Part shown: piece after piece, positions 22,979-34,679 of the stretch
How positions within the stretch are numbered: position 1 is the stretch's first letter
Layout: each line of letters opens with the position of its first letter
Origin: Isurus oxyrinchus
Taxonomy: Eukaryota
Reading direction: 5' to 3'
NCBI GenBank assembly: GCA_026770705.1
Contig: JANJGN010000035.1
Coordinates: 8,866,001 to 8,930,000, forward strand
Length of the DNA stretch: 64,000 nucleotides
Translations under genes and position numbers: made by a program
The notes under the pieces: generated by a model
Told to the model about the DNA's origin: nothing
Seen by the model: the letters and a program-made list of their open reading frames with translations, nothing else
Database searches by the model: none

Positions 22979-24062
22979 ATGCTTCAGTGGTTAGACATTT
23001 CAAGTAAGTGTCAACATTGCTGATGCTAATAAATCTCGTTAGCCATGTACAAAGTATCCCTCCATCCCTGAGTTCAAAAAGGAAATACCTGGCAATGACC
23101 AACAAGCGGGTAATTCGTCCATGATGCAAAGTTCAAAATTTGGAAGAGTGTAGTTGCCGGAAAAAAATTACAAATATAAATGTATCAATTGGAACTTTGA
23201 CAACCTAACTGTAAAATGTAGGAATAACTCTTCATATCTCAATATGTTTTGGCAACAGTTGTTAAGTGCTAGCAAAGGCAATTGTCATTTCGGTGCTATG
23301 TAAATGTTTTCCCCTCAGGGGATCAACTTCAAACGATAGCTCATATGCCCTCACTAGACGTAAAATATTTTTTCCACTTAGATTTAATTCCGGGTGCAAT
23401 GTGGCTCATACAACGATCAATAAAATTGCATTCTTAGTAGAGTTACAGTCGCTACACTTCAAACAAACTTTATTCCACTCTCAGTCCCTTGCAGTTCGTT
23501 GGGAAAACATTGCACCTTGTCCATTTATATTTTAGAAAAAGATAACCCTCCATACTAGCTCACACTTCCTGAAAAATATAAGTAGTGTTGCATTGAATTG
23601 CATTCCATATTTTACCAAACTCTCAGATGGCCTTTCGATGCAGAGATAACCAAGTTGCCAGAAAAGCTAAATTGACTTTTACCTTAGAGTGTCCATAGTA
23701 TGGATAGTTAAATGGTCAGCTGCTGGACCAGGAGCGGATTCTTCAGACCTGGTTTACTGAACAGCTGCAATGATGATTGTTGTGTTATTCTGTTGATTGA
23801 AGGCTATAATATTGATCACATAGGAGTTGGAGGTAGCAATGGCATCGTAAGTAACATTTGATTGATTTGCCACATAGCTGTAGCCAATTCCTCTCCTCCT
23901 CCAAAAAAATGTATCACCAGGGGGTGATTCTTACTATTAAAGGAATGTTAGACAACACACCGCGAGTTGAAGGTGGTATGAGTTTAATGTCCCTGGGTGA
24001 ATAATTTTCAGAAACCAGCAAATACCTCGCTACGTTGCAAAAAATGGTATTGGCTCCCAGCA
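22979..24062 (-). pseudogene. Large decayed exon encoding about three fibronectin type III-like repeats
   Basis: A pyrimidine tract ending in TG instead of AG (24064-24063) joins in phase 1 to give ..LQ|VLGANTIF. Repeat 1: 'SPRDIKL..GDTFFWRR..SNVTYDAIATSNSYVINIIAFN'. Linker: 'EESAPGP..LTI'. Repeat 2: 'KSI*LFW..NTTYIFQEV*A..INGQG'. Repeat 3: 'LVRAYELSF..TTLFQILNFASWTNY..VIA..TTEA'. Several NxS/T sequons (NYS, NQS, NVT, NNT, NTT). Multiple stops and frameshifts. Confidence 0.6.
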
Positions 24063-25215
24063 CAGCAAGAGAAAAAATAAAACTGCAAATAAACTGAACA
24101 AAATTCTTTACTCTTCTCAAGCAGCGTTCTGGCCCACGGGGAGGGCAGGTCGCCGAGAATTAAATGGACATGGCTCATGTATTCACCCTCTCAAGATTAA
24201 AATCCGGAAAAGACAAATCATTTGTCAGAAACCAAGGAGAAGGAGTGAGATGCCTGTCACATGACTTTAATGCAAGCCACTGAAAGCTATCATATTGTTC
24301 TGTGGAATTCAACAGCGGCATTCTATCATTTTGCCACCAATCAAATATCAGCAGAAATAGCTCTGCCAACCTAAATTGATCCCTTCATCTACGTTGTGCT
24401 CTACTGTATGATCTAAAATCTTGCTTCCATGACTATAAGGCACAACCATCTCTGCGTGCCTTCTTCCATTGGGGAAATTATGCTTCTCGGAATGCTGATC
24501 ACCCTGCAACAATCTCAGTCTGCTACACTTAGATTTTTGACTCTGTGCTCTGGGCTCACATGAAACATTAACTCCTACTTTTATCGGTTCTGCCTTGTAC
24601 CCCATTCCTACCCTTATCCTTCTTTTGCTGTGCGAGTGCAAAAAGGGCGGGCATTGTCATACGCCTTTCCATGCTGTGTGCGTGCTTGTGTGTGTGTGTG
24701 TGTGTAAAGTGAACTACCCATCTTATTTTACATTATTTCGAGTGTGCTGTGGGGTTTTCAATAGAATATCTCATCACTCTAAACTGACGTGTTAGCGAAA
24801 CTACACCACTCCTTCCTAAATGGGAAATGCGAAGTCAAAAACAACTTAGCTTCACGGACCATTACTGAGCGGCGAGAAAAATCTGTGTAAATTCATCCCT
24901 CACTTGTCCGTAACAAAAATGAAGGGCTCATGCAGTAGTGATCCAATTTGAATTTGACCTGAGTCCAAGTTAAGCAACGAGCCAAACTAAAAGTAAAGGA
25001 TTCATTTGAAAGTCCATAAAACGGGAAATCTGTGGCTTAAAATAATTTTATGGAAAGAAAACTTCCTTGGAAATTTATCTTTCTTAAAACTAAGAAATCG
25101 TTAAAAACTGAAGCCTAAATGTTTGTTCACGAAGATAATTTAACTTGGAAACGGTTAGATAATCTTAGCACAGATTAATTGAAAGTTGTATTTTGGAAGA
25201 TAAACTTAAAATTAC

Positions 25216-25270
25216 CCTGCAAAATCAAAAGAAGTAGAGTAATTCCGGCCGTGGTAGAACGTCTGCACAT
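25216..25270 (-). pseudogene. Signal-peptide exon MCRRSTTAGITLLLLILQ of the minus-strand receptor relic
   Basis: Kozak-like gccATG at 25270, basic n-region plus hydrophobic core, canonical donor CAG G|GTAATT (phase 1), 55 bp. Confidence 0.7.
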
Positions 25271-25359
25271 GGCGTTACCAGAAGAAAAGCTCACTCGTGA
25301 CTCCGAGTCCTCCTCCCGATCCGAGATCATTCTGTATAACCTTTGATTGGAGTTAGAAA

Positions 25360-25590
25360 TCAAGGAGAGAGAATGATGGAGAGAGAGATGGAGAGAAAAA
25401 GAGACGGAAAGGCAAATTGAACAGGGGAGGGAGAGAGTGAAGAGAGAGCAAGGGAATAAGTAATGGAAAGTGTATTCCAGCTCCAAAATTTAGAAACGGA
25501 GCTAACAGTTCAAATGAAGAAGGAGAAAGAGCGTGATAAGTCGAGAGAGACAGAGAGACAGAGAGACAGAGAGAGAGAGAGAGGGAGAAC
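25360..25590 (+). repeat. Purine-rich / (GA),(GAGACA) simple repeat upstream of the signal-peptide exon
   Basis: Direct observation. Confidence 0.85.
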
Positions 25591-25699
25591 ATACAATTAG
25601 GCGCTGGAAAGAAACATCACCTTTTTTGGCAGCATCCCCTATCCTCTTAACAGTAAACCAATATCTTTGGCACTCCAGCATGCAACATCCCTCTGCAAG

Positions 25700-27600
25700 T
25701 CTGAAGTGACCAAAGGGGAACCATTTTGTACCACAGTTCAGATAAAAGCTGGGCTGTTAAAATGACCTTCAGTTATCCAGCTCTTTTTAATTTGGGACAG
25801 CAGTCAGGGAGAGCCTCAGATTTCTATTCAATGCTATCTTGTAAGGTATCACAAAATTTTGAGCAAGTTCAGCCTACTTTTCCAAATCCCTACGACTTTG
25901 TTACAGAGACCACAAGCAAATACGGAATGTTCATCAAGAGGGCAACCAAAACCTACATAGAGCTTGAACGAGTGCCAGGAATCACATAAGTTCCCTGAAT
26001 ACACCTTGCAAGTATGAGGGGTAACATGAACTACTAGTCTCGAAAGACTCTCAGAATTTCCTACCCTCCGACATGCTGCTACACCGAGTGAAGCAGCGAA
26101 TCCTCAATGCTAGGGGTGCAGCATTCAGAGCAGGTAGGTATGATCTGACCCTTAGGCATTTCAACTCAGCTGATCCTTTCTAAAAATATACCGATTAGCA
26201 TTGGAAAGAATAACTGGGCGTCCAAGAGAGAAAATGCACCGATCCTAAAAAGCAAGGCACAAGGCGGTCCGCGAAGCCTCCTTCAATCCACAGCTCAAAA
26301 GGAGAATCTCAGAAGGCCGCAATATTCCCATTGCAACAAGTTGGGCCATTCCAGATGCTGCAGATGGCGAGGCAAGGCAGTTCACCACATTAGGCTTCAA
26401 AGGAGTTGCCCACGGAGTACTTCCCGATGGGTTGTGCAGCAAAGCTAACAGCTACAGAATCTTATCCATTTGACAGCAATACATTATGTACATCTGAGCT
26501 GTATCGACTCGCAGTGATTTTCTGGGATTCTGTCCTTTCAGGAACTGTGTATCCCTACCTGCCTCAAAATGTTGGCGAGTTCGAAGTACTGCAGCAGGGC
26601 ACAGCGGCCAGCCAGTCCTTTATGTTATATGCAAACCAAAATCTAACTGAAGGCCCGAGGCCTCCATGAAGGCCAATCCTCTGGTAGGTGGAGCTGGACT
26701 AGGATCTGTGTTTGACACCTCGATGAGGCCTACATACATTGCGACCTTGGTGTAGGCCCCGTTTCAGTAGCAATTCCTTCCAAGCAATCAGAAGCAGGAA
26801 TGATATCTCTCTTGAGGCCGATTTGGCTGGCAGTCAATTGAAGGAATTGAGGCCAAGAGCAAGCAGAATAAATGAGGATTTGGGCACAAGCCTGGAGAAG
26901 GTCAAGAGTCCCAAAATGATTTAATAAGACCCATAGACCTCGAACAGGAGCTTCTCGAATGTAGCACAGTCTAAACAAGACGAGTAGATTAAACTGCTTC
27001 CAAGGCAGCGCTAGAATATCAATTAGGTTCCGCACAAAAGTCCACGATAAATTGGAGCCAGAAAAGCCATTTAGCAAGGTAATAATTAGTAATGGAGAAG
27101 CCAGAAGGAGGTTAAAATTCTGAAAGATAACAGTTATTAAACACTGAACATAAATGTTTAAGCAGATTCCTCAAGTATGGTTGGCAGAAAAACTTAGAGG
27201 AGGACCATAATGTTCCAGAGAACATGGAAGCTGTTTCGACAATGACATATCCAAAGTTAAGAAGGACCCAAACCCGGGTAGCCAATGATTGATTTGACTG
27301 GCAAGTATATGAACATTTTGAATGTACAAAAGAAAGGTTCCTATATTTGCCCAGAAATAGTAGAGGTGAAACCTCATCCAGTTGAAAAGCCATCCGGAGT
27401 TGAGCAAGAGCTGGCAGTCCCAGAGAGGACACTGAACATAATACAACTGAGCTGCAAAAAGACCCAAATCAGTCTTGGCCCCATCCTCGCCCACCATAAT
27501 GTAGGACAAAAGAGTACCAAACAATTTGAACACTCACCTTTTAACAATTCATAACACCCTGATAAGCTGCAGCCCTATGTTTGTATACAGTTTCCAGTAT
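25700..27600 (-). mobile_element. Decayed DIRS/Ngaro-type (tyrosine recombinase) retrotransposon: RT end, RNase H, YR N-terminus
   Basis: ORF 27112..27432 has 'SSLGLPALAQ..EVSPLLFLGK' (cf. LGVPxAxEK..PxTxLxFLGI). Also 'DSVAVSFAAQPIGKY' (cf. DASxxGFGAxxxGxW) near 26460 and 'TY..SWHSFKLY' near 25975 (cf. TYxxxWxxFxxF). Confidence 0.5.
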
Positions 27601-27659
27601 GGTTGCAGGAGAGGCCTCCGCCCGAAGGCCAGAAGTGGAAGATTGTAGAATAGGTGAAT

Positions 27660-28420
27660 GAAGTTGATTAAATGGCCGGGAACATATAAAAACAATTTCA
27701 TTGGGAAGAGTCAGCATGGTTCTGTGACATGAACATTATTGTTTAATGACTCTATTGTAGTTCCCTGAGGAGTACCATGTGCTGTGGAAAAGAAGGTGCA
27801 TATAACCATAACGCACTTGGATTTCCTGAAGACATTCGATTCGATGCCACAGCATCATCTAGCGGGCAATGTGTTAGCCTGGAGGGAGTGTTGGCTGACC
27901 CGCAGAAGACAGAGTATATGCAGCGAACGATTTGTACACTAATGTCAGGAAAAATCGGGTTGCCTTCTGAGGAAAGGTTAGGCACGTTATGTTTGTATCC
28001 ACTTGAGTTTCGAAGAGCTGGCTGGATTGCAAACTTCAAACTCCCGAATGGCCTAGTCAGGGTCGATGCGGAGAGGAAGTTTCCTTTTTTGGGAGAATCT
28101 AGAACAAGCTGCCAGTGCTTACAAATTAGGGCTGCTCATTTAAGAGCGAGGTGTTGCAAAATGTTTTCTCTTAGAGGGTCTTAAGACTTTAGACCAATTC
28201 TAAAGAATGCAGTGGAACCAGATCCTTTGAATGTTTTTTTTTTAAAGGCAGAACTGGATAGGTCCTTGGTTAACAAAGGAGTGGAACTCTATTCGGGGTA
28301 GGCAGGCATGTGAAGTTCAGGTTGCAAAGAGGTCAACCATGAACTTATTGAATGGTGCAACATGCTCGAGGAGTCGAGTGGAATACTACTGTTCCATCGT
28401 CAAATGTTCGGTAGTTTGTT
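27660..28420 (+). mobile_element. CR1 LINE fragment with internal deletion, 3' end present
   Basis: 'agtcagcatggtttc' (SQHGF); ORF 27777..28184 has EERLGTLCLYPLEFRR..FPFLGESRT. Confidence 0.85.
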
Positions 28421-28454
28421 CACCTGCTACTGTTTTTTTTTTGCCTGAATAACG

Positions 28455-29245
28455 GCTTAAAAAGAGTGGAGTCCTTCAGTGGTCAGTGCTGAGTCCTCAT
28501 CTTTTTATCAATTTACATCAAGTCCTTAATTAGGGGAGAGAAGGCATTGTAGCTAATTTTGCAGAAAACACCAAGCAAGGTAGCAAAGGATGCTTTGAAG
28601 AAGACATAAGGAATTTGCAGCCGGATATTAATACGTTGTGCGAGGGGGCAAGGATCTAACACATCCAATATGAGGTCGGAAAGTGAAACTGTTCCTTTGG
28701 TAGGAAGTTAAAATAAAGCACAGTGTTCCTTAAAGAGAGAAAGGCAGCAAGATTCTGAGGTACATTATTCACAGAAAAGTGAGATTGCAGAAGCAGCATA
28801 TAGTCAAATAGGCTTATGGGATTTGATCCTTCATTGCGAGAGGAATTTAAAATAAAAGTTAGCGTAGTATGCTGCGCTTATACAGGGCCTTCGTTAAGCT
28901 GCATCTCAAATTAAGTGTTCAGTTTTGGTCTCCAATTTTAAAGAACGAGGGGGCACTTTTCTCAATTTAGTCGCCCTTATACAACAGGAATGAGGAGAGT
29001 TTGTTTTTTTCTCTCAGAGGTTTGCAAGACTTTGCAGTTTTCTGCCACAGAATGCAATGAAATTAGGGCTGCTGAGTACATTTTAGGATCGACTCGTGTT
29101 ACTCAAAGGGAATACCGTTTATTGCTGGCAGATGATAACGTAGATCTCACACACAAACAGGTCATCCAAGATCTTACTGAAATGTAAGGCGGCTCGAGGG
29201 GCCGATAGGCTTAATTCTCCCACTAGTTTATAAGTTCGCCTGCAT
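28455..29245 (+). mobile_element. CR1 LINE RT/3' fragment
   Basis: Remnants of SGVPQGSVLGP, FAxxTK and LVRPHLEYCVQFWSP, followed by a 3'UTR. Confidence 0.85.
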
Positions 29246-29559
29246 CTTCCTGCATCCCGGCCCCAATTTCTGGTACAGATACTGACATTAAGGTCAGAAA
29301 GTAAAACTGGTATCAGCAGGACAAGGGTAATCAGTCTGAAGAGAAAAGCATGATCAGGCAACAGATGGCCCTTGTCGTTGAGGGGTGAGGTGAGGAGCCG
29401 GTTGTGGGAGGAAAAACGGTCGAATATGGGATAGGGATGTGGGATAAAAAAGGTGGTAAATCAATGAATATACTGTACCACGATCAGCACATTTTAATGC
29501 CCTTACCAAATCGATTAATAATCCATTTGTCATTTTCTAGTGTCAATCTTAACAATGAC

Positions 29560-29810
29560 GCCCGCCAACCCCTCCCCCACACCCCCTTCACACCGCTGCC
29601 CTTCTGACCCACTTTACCTGCTCCACACCCGTAAACGCAGTAAGTTCCATTTCCTTTCGACTACTCTTTGGCTTTGAAGAAAGGCCATGCGTATATGGAA
29701 GGTTAAATCTGTCTTTGTCTCCTCAATTGCCCTCAGACCTGTTGCGTATTTCCAGCACTTCAGGTGCTGTGTCAGACTTCAAGCTTCTGCATCATTTTGC
29801 TTCTATCTGA
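29560..29810 (+). mobile_element. Old Penelope-like 3' terminus
   Basis: 'ctcagacctgttgcgtatttccagcactt..cttcaagcttctgcatcattttgctt' is a diverged version of the terminal motif. Confidence 0.55.
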
Positions 29811-30199
29811 AATGAAACGAAATTCATTTATTATTGTTCTCCAATGAGGGAGATGTCTCTAGTCCAGACGGCAGGAATGGAAACCTCTATTCAAACGTGA
29901 AGCTGGCTACTTTGTAAAAATATTATTATATTTATAATTATTGTTGCTTTAATTATTATTATTATCAATAATAATGATAACAATAATAATAACTTTCAAA
30001 AGCATTACTATGTCATGCCTAACTGGCCATCGCAATGGCGTTTCTAACGTTCAGAAGCCAGCGGGTACATCCTTCCCTTTAAATAAGCTCACTGGGACTG
30101 CAGAATATCAAGTTCAAAAGATATGCAACAATATCATTTACATTCTTAAGACAGAGCACTGATCCAGGGAGAAGCAAGAATTCAGGGCTGAACAAATAG

Positions 30200-30430
30200 G
30201 TTATTTGTCCAAAACCCAGGAGTTGAAACGGAAATGCGGCGTTGGGGGGTTGGGAGGGGAGGGGGAGGGTGTATTTTACATGACCTCCCCGCAAACAGAT
30301 CGAATCTGTAAATATTGTCGTGCAGTCGTGTCGAACTGAAATCAGGCCGCCGAGCGTCTCACCAGCTAATAGGTAGCAGCAGGAATGCGATTTTTCGGAT
30401 ACATCAACTGGCACCCGTTAACACTGTGTA
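30200..30430. promoter_or_regulatory. Candidate promoter / first non-coding exon region of the plus-strand gene
   Basis: Unique sequence with local CpG retention (cggaaatgcggcg, ggccgccgagcg) about 1 kb upstream of the ATG exon; inference only. Confidence 0.25.
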
Positions 30431-31379
30431 ACATTGTAATCTCGGAGGTACTGCATCTGTGAGAATCAAACTCAGTCATCTCTGTGTTTTTTTCTTCTAT
30501 CGGGGCAGCAATCTCTTCTGGGAATTCGGTTAACCCTGCAACATTTCAGCCTGCTAAAATATAATGCTGTATACCATTGGCCTTTTGATTCTGCTGTCTG
30601 AATTCACGTGAAACATAACTTCTGTTACTGCTGTGCCCTTGTGCAGTATCCATTTCCCCCTTATAGATCTTTCATTATTGGGCACAGAAACGGGAGGTTG
30701 TTGTAAAACCCTCTGACCATGATTTGTGCACCCGTAAAAACAAAACGACCTTTTTTTTTTACCTCACTTCGTATTTGCTTTGACTTTATTAACAGATGAT
30801 TGGATCACTTCAAACTGGCGGTTTGGTGAAAGTAAGCCACCATTATAAGGGGGAAATCAGAACTCAAACTCAACTTTCCGTTTAGGGACTTGTGGTGAGA
30901 AGAAAACGTCAGGGCTATTTAAATTCACCACCGTCATGACTGTCATATTGGCAAATAATTCAAGTTTTATTCATTAATGAATGATGACACATGTCTATTT
31001 CTTCGCCACATTCACCGTATAAGGGGCAGTAATCGGCTTTTCCAGAACGATTTATGAGATTCCGTTAACGTTACTTGGGATCTACAATCAAATTGTTTTG
31101 TTTTTTTAAATTTGTATCCTATTAATTAAATACGAAGTGATTGTTTAACCTTTCTAAAAATATTGTGATTAAAATAAATACGCAAATTAAATTAGAGCAA
31201 CCTGCCAACCAATTTAATTGGATGTGGATACAGATGGGTGACAAAAAATGATGGAGGCATGCTCGTACACATGTTGTGTCAGTCATGCATGGATAACTGA
31301 ACTTTAGGTAACGTGCCAGTATGACAGTCTGGTCAGATGTGAGCGTGTGAAGTAATCCGTGGTGCAAGCAGCAGGCACA

Positions 31380-31494
31380 ATGTCGGGAATCCTCTGGCAA
31401 AGATCCATTGCAAATCCTTCCGAATGTTTCAGTCTCCCAGTAAAAGAAAACATCCTCAAAGAATTTCACTTTCTCTACACGGACTCAAAACACG
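31380..31494 (+). pseudogene. GTPase exon 1: MSGILWQRSIANPSECFSLPVKENILKEFHFLYTDSKH
   Basis: acaATG start, donor G|gtaagc, phase 1. Confidence 0.85.
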
Positions 31495-32039
31495 GTAAGC
31501 AGCTGGGCACAGTTTTGCAAAGTACAAGGGTGAAATATATTTTCATTGCATGTTTACAGCACGCAGCACGCTTTCTGCAGCATATGTGCAAAAGAGCAAC
31601 TGACGGCTTTATTTTGGTGCTTCTGAGTCACTTGGCTCTCGGGTTTCATGCAGACTGGCACCAGTTCAACATTGTGACATTGCTTTCGGTAAGATTTTGC
31701 TGATGGCTAGCCCTTTCACTTACTCCAGCGTTGCTTGTACGTACTGCTCACAACGCATTGGATCTCTGTGTTGTTAGTAGAAATAATATGGGTCAAAGTA
31801 TGATTTAAAAATGTGAAAATAAAAGTATGATTGACTCAGTAATGTTAAGGGCATTATGTGCAAAGAATGACCGACTGCGACCGGGATGGATGGAGTGCAG
31901 TTATGAGAGTAGGGTTTACAGAATGAGAAAATAGGTTTGAAGTTGTTGATATCAGCCTCAAAGAGACTCAAAATATAGAACAGCCACAACTCTCTAGAGT
32001 ATACAATGCAAATGATACACGAACACAATGTGACATATT

Positions 32040-32560
32040 TTGTTCTAATTTGAATCCAAAAAAATAGATCCCAATGTCCCCATACCGTTGTCCCATGCAG
32101 ATTATTACCCAGCAAAGGGAACAAACTTTTGTCTTCCACTCTATTAAACTTCAAGTATTATATTAAGAACACCTCTCACATCCTGAGCCTTAGAGTTCAT
32201 AACGAATTTTCTCTGAATCTTATCATTGGACGTATTACTGGATCCAATTTAATTACGTAATGCTGCACAAAGCAATTCCTACGTTTTGGTACCTTAGACA
32301 GGAAATCCAAAAGAGCGTACATACGATACATATGTGGGTTCACACCTTTTGAAAATGTTCTGCTCTCTATTTACAAGAACATATTTAATTACCTCAACGG
32401 TCTCACATCATCATCGACCTGCCAGCTTTTTGCCTACTCACTTTATATCACCTATATCCTGATCTATGTGCGAACCGTTTATGCCTGCTCAACTTATCAT
32501 TATGTGAAAAACATCTATAACCTTGATTAATAATGATATGAAAGAGAATTAGATTGGCAG
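32040..32560 (-). mobile_element. Old CR1 fragment
   Basis: Reverse complement resembles the CR1 RT C-terminal region; heavily degenerate. Confidence 0.45.
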
Positions 32561-33206
32561 AGTGAGCAGAACAATTGGCAGCATTGGATCATTCTGTACT
32601 TACGTTTCGAGTGGTAAAACAGCAAATTATGTAGCAACCTGTCTACCAACTCGTAGGCCGAGATTTAGAAACCAGTTCTTTCAAGTCCATGTCAGTGGAC
32701 AAGAGAATGAAACGACCTCCTCCCCGGGATACATTTGTATGCACCTAAATTTACCGTCCTCTACTTCTCTCTCCTCGAGTTCAATTCTTCTCTCTAGAGA
32801 TTACATGTTATTTCTGCATTACTCTCCTTCTACTTATTGAATGGGAACATTCAGTTGGTTGAGAAACTGACAGGCAATTCAGCATTGTCTTTGTTTGTGA
32901 GTGATCATGAATGAAATTGTTCTCTCACCTTTTCTTCTGTCAATCAATGTCTTATGTGCAACAGTAAAGCCAATTTAACGGAGATAATTTGTCAATCTCA
33001 ATATTGTTAGTGGGCATACGTTGGCTTTTGTTGGACATATACAATAAAACAAAATACCGAATGACTAAGTAGTGATTTAAAGGGAAAAGGAATTCGATTG
33101 TGTTATGAAATTGGCGACTAACCACACATCTCTTATTGAAGGTAAAATACTGCTTAATGCTGAAGAAATGAATCCATTTGAATGAGATGTCTTTTGCTCT
33201 TGGTAG

Positions 33207-33318
33207 GCCTAATGGACATGGCCAAGAGACTTGGAATCAGGCTCTTGGCTCCTAGGAAGAAAATTACAGTGATGCTGATGGGCAACCATTCGGCTGGGAA
33301 GAGCTCCTTTATCAAAAG
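33207..33318 (+). pseudogene. GTPase exon 2 (P-loop): GLMDMAKRLGIRLLAPRKKITVMLMGNHSAGKSSFIK
   Basis: Acceptor tag|, donor |gtgagc; 112 bp, phase 1 to 2. Confidence 0.95.
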
Positions 33319-34679
33319 GTGAGCATGCGAATTTCATTTTCATCTTGGGTCATTGACGTCGCAGGCAAGCATTTATTTATTGCCAACACAAGCTACCTTG
33401 AGGGCATTAAATAATGTTAAGGGTTACCAGACACAGGAAGGTTTAAGCAACAGCACTGCTTTGACTTTCGAACGTTGAAAAGTTTTAGCAAATGTAGTCG
33501 TATATTATGCCGTTACCAATTTTAGCAATACGATTTCAGGGAAGGTGAAAATTCAAAAGACATTTAATGAACCACCTCAAAAAATTAGGTTGAAAAATAC
33601 ACTGTTTTCGAAAACAACACTAAACGAAAGTGAGGAAAGAGGAGCTGGGTTTTCAGTCTCTTTCTCAGCGATGACAATATCCAGAATTATGGGAGTGTTG
33701 GGCATCTAAATTTGAAAAAAAATAATATTATGCTCCCAGTTCGAAATCAGATCGTCTGTACTTTCAACTTTAGGTTTCGCTGTGCCACAATTGAGAGAAC
33801 GCTCGCTTGAATCCAAGCAATTGTGAATTTGAAATACAACACAACTTGTCGCCTCAATAAAGTTCAGATTGGTAGTCCAGTGCAGTAGCCTTGAGGGTCT
33901 CATCTGTAAAATGAAAATTAAAAGTAAGACCACATCTATATTCTGTGTTAAGTGAAAATGCTCCTCTGATACTATTTTGAGGAAGAGGGGATTTTGTGGA
34001 TACCACATCTCCAACGGATCAGAACATATTTATTTTCAAATTGCCTGACTGGCTGTGAAGCACGCTTCTTTGCCCTGAGCGCCAACTCATTATAATCAAT
34101 TTTATCATGAAGAATGTGCTCGCAATTGATATCGAATGGATTTTCAAAGGAACAAATATCGATGAAAGATTGGGACCATGCTGGAAAATTTCCCAGAGTC
34201 TTCCTTAGCCACAAAAATAAATAATATTCGTTGCCCTTGACCCGGCTTATATTGCTGAACTGCCAACTTTAATGACCTGTGTATACACATATGTCAGAAC
34301 CTCTGTTACACTATTATAACAAAGGCATTTGTATATAAGGTGTGGGTGATTTGACAGAGTGTATTCACAGTTTAGGATCTTTTGGTATCAAAGGGCACCT
34401 GCAAAGTTAACTTAAGTATTCGTCAAGATTTTGTTTTAAAGTGTTTCATATTTCTCGGCACATCCTGTTTCAGTAAAAGTTGGTATCCTACATGCTGCAA
34501 TTGATGGATTTTGCAGTTTGTGGGAGGGCGGATGGATGGAGGGGTTATGGAGAGCAGTGATGGAAGTGTTGGGGGTGGGGGTTCACCTGAGATGTGCTTG
34601 GTCATCTCTTACGAAGTTCCCAGGTAAGGATTTCCACGGCATATGATCATAAATGCACCAATTATCCTTGCCCTTAGTT

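Noticed and set aside
22979-24062. Cadherin-related (CDHR3/4-like) ectodomain
   Set aside because: The first ~120 residues align loosely to CDHR3, but there are no DxNDN/LDxE motifs. Three successive FN3-type signatures (W strand, Y..V.A.N, WTNY) fit better. Not fully excluded without an HMM search.
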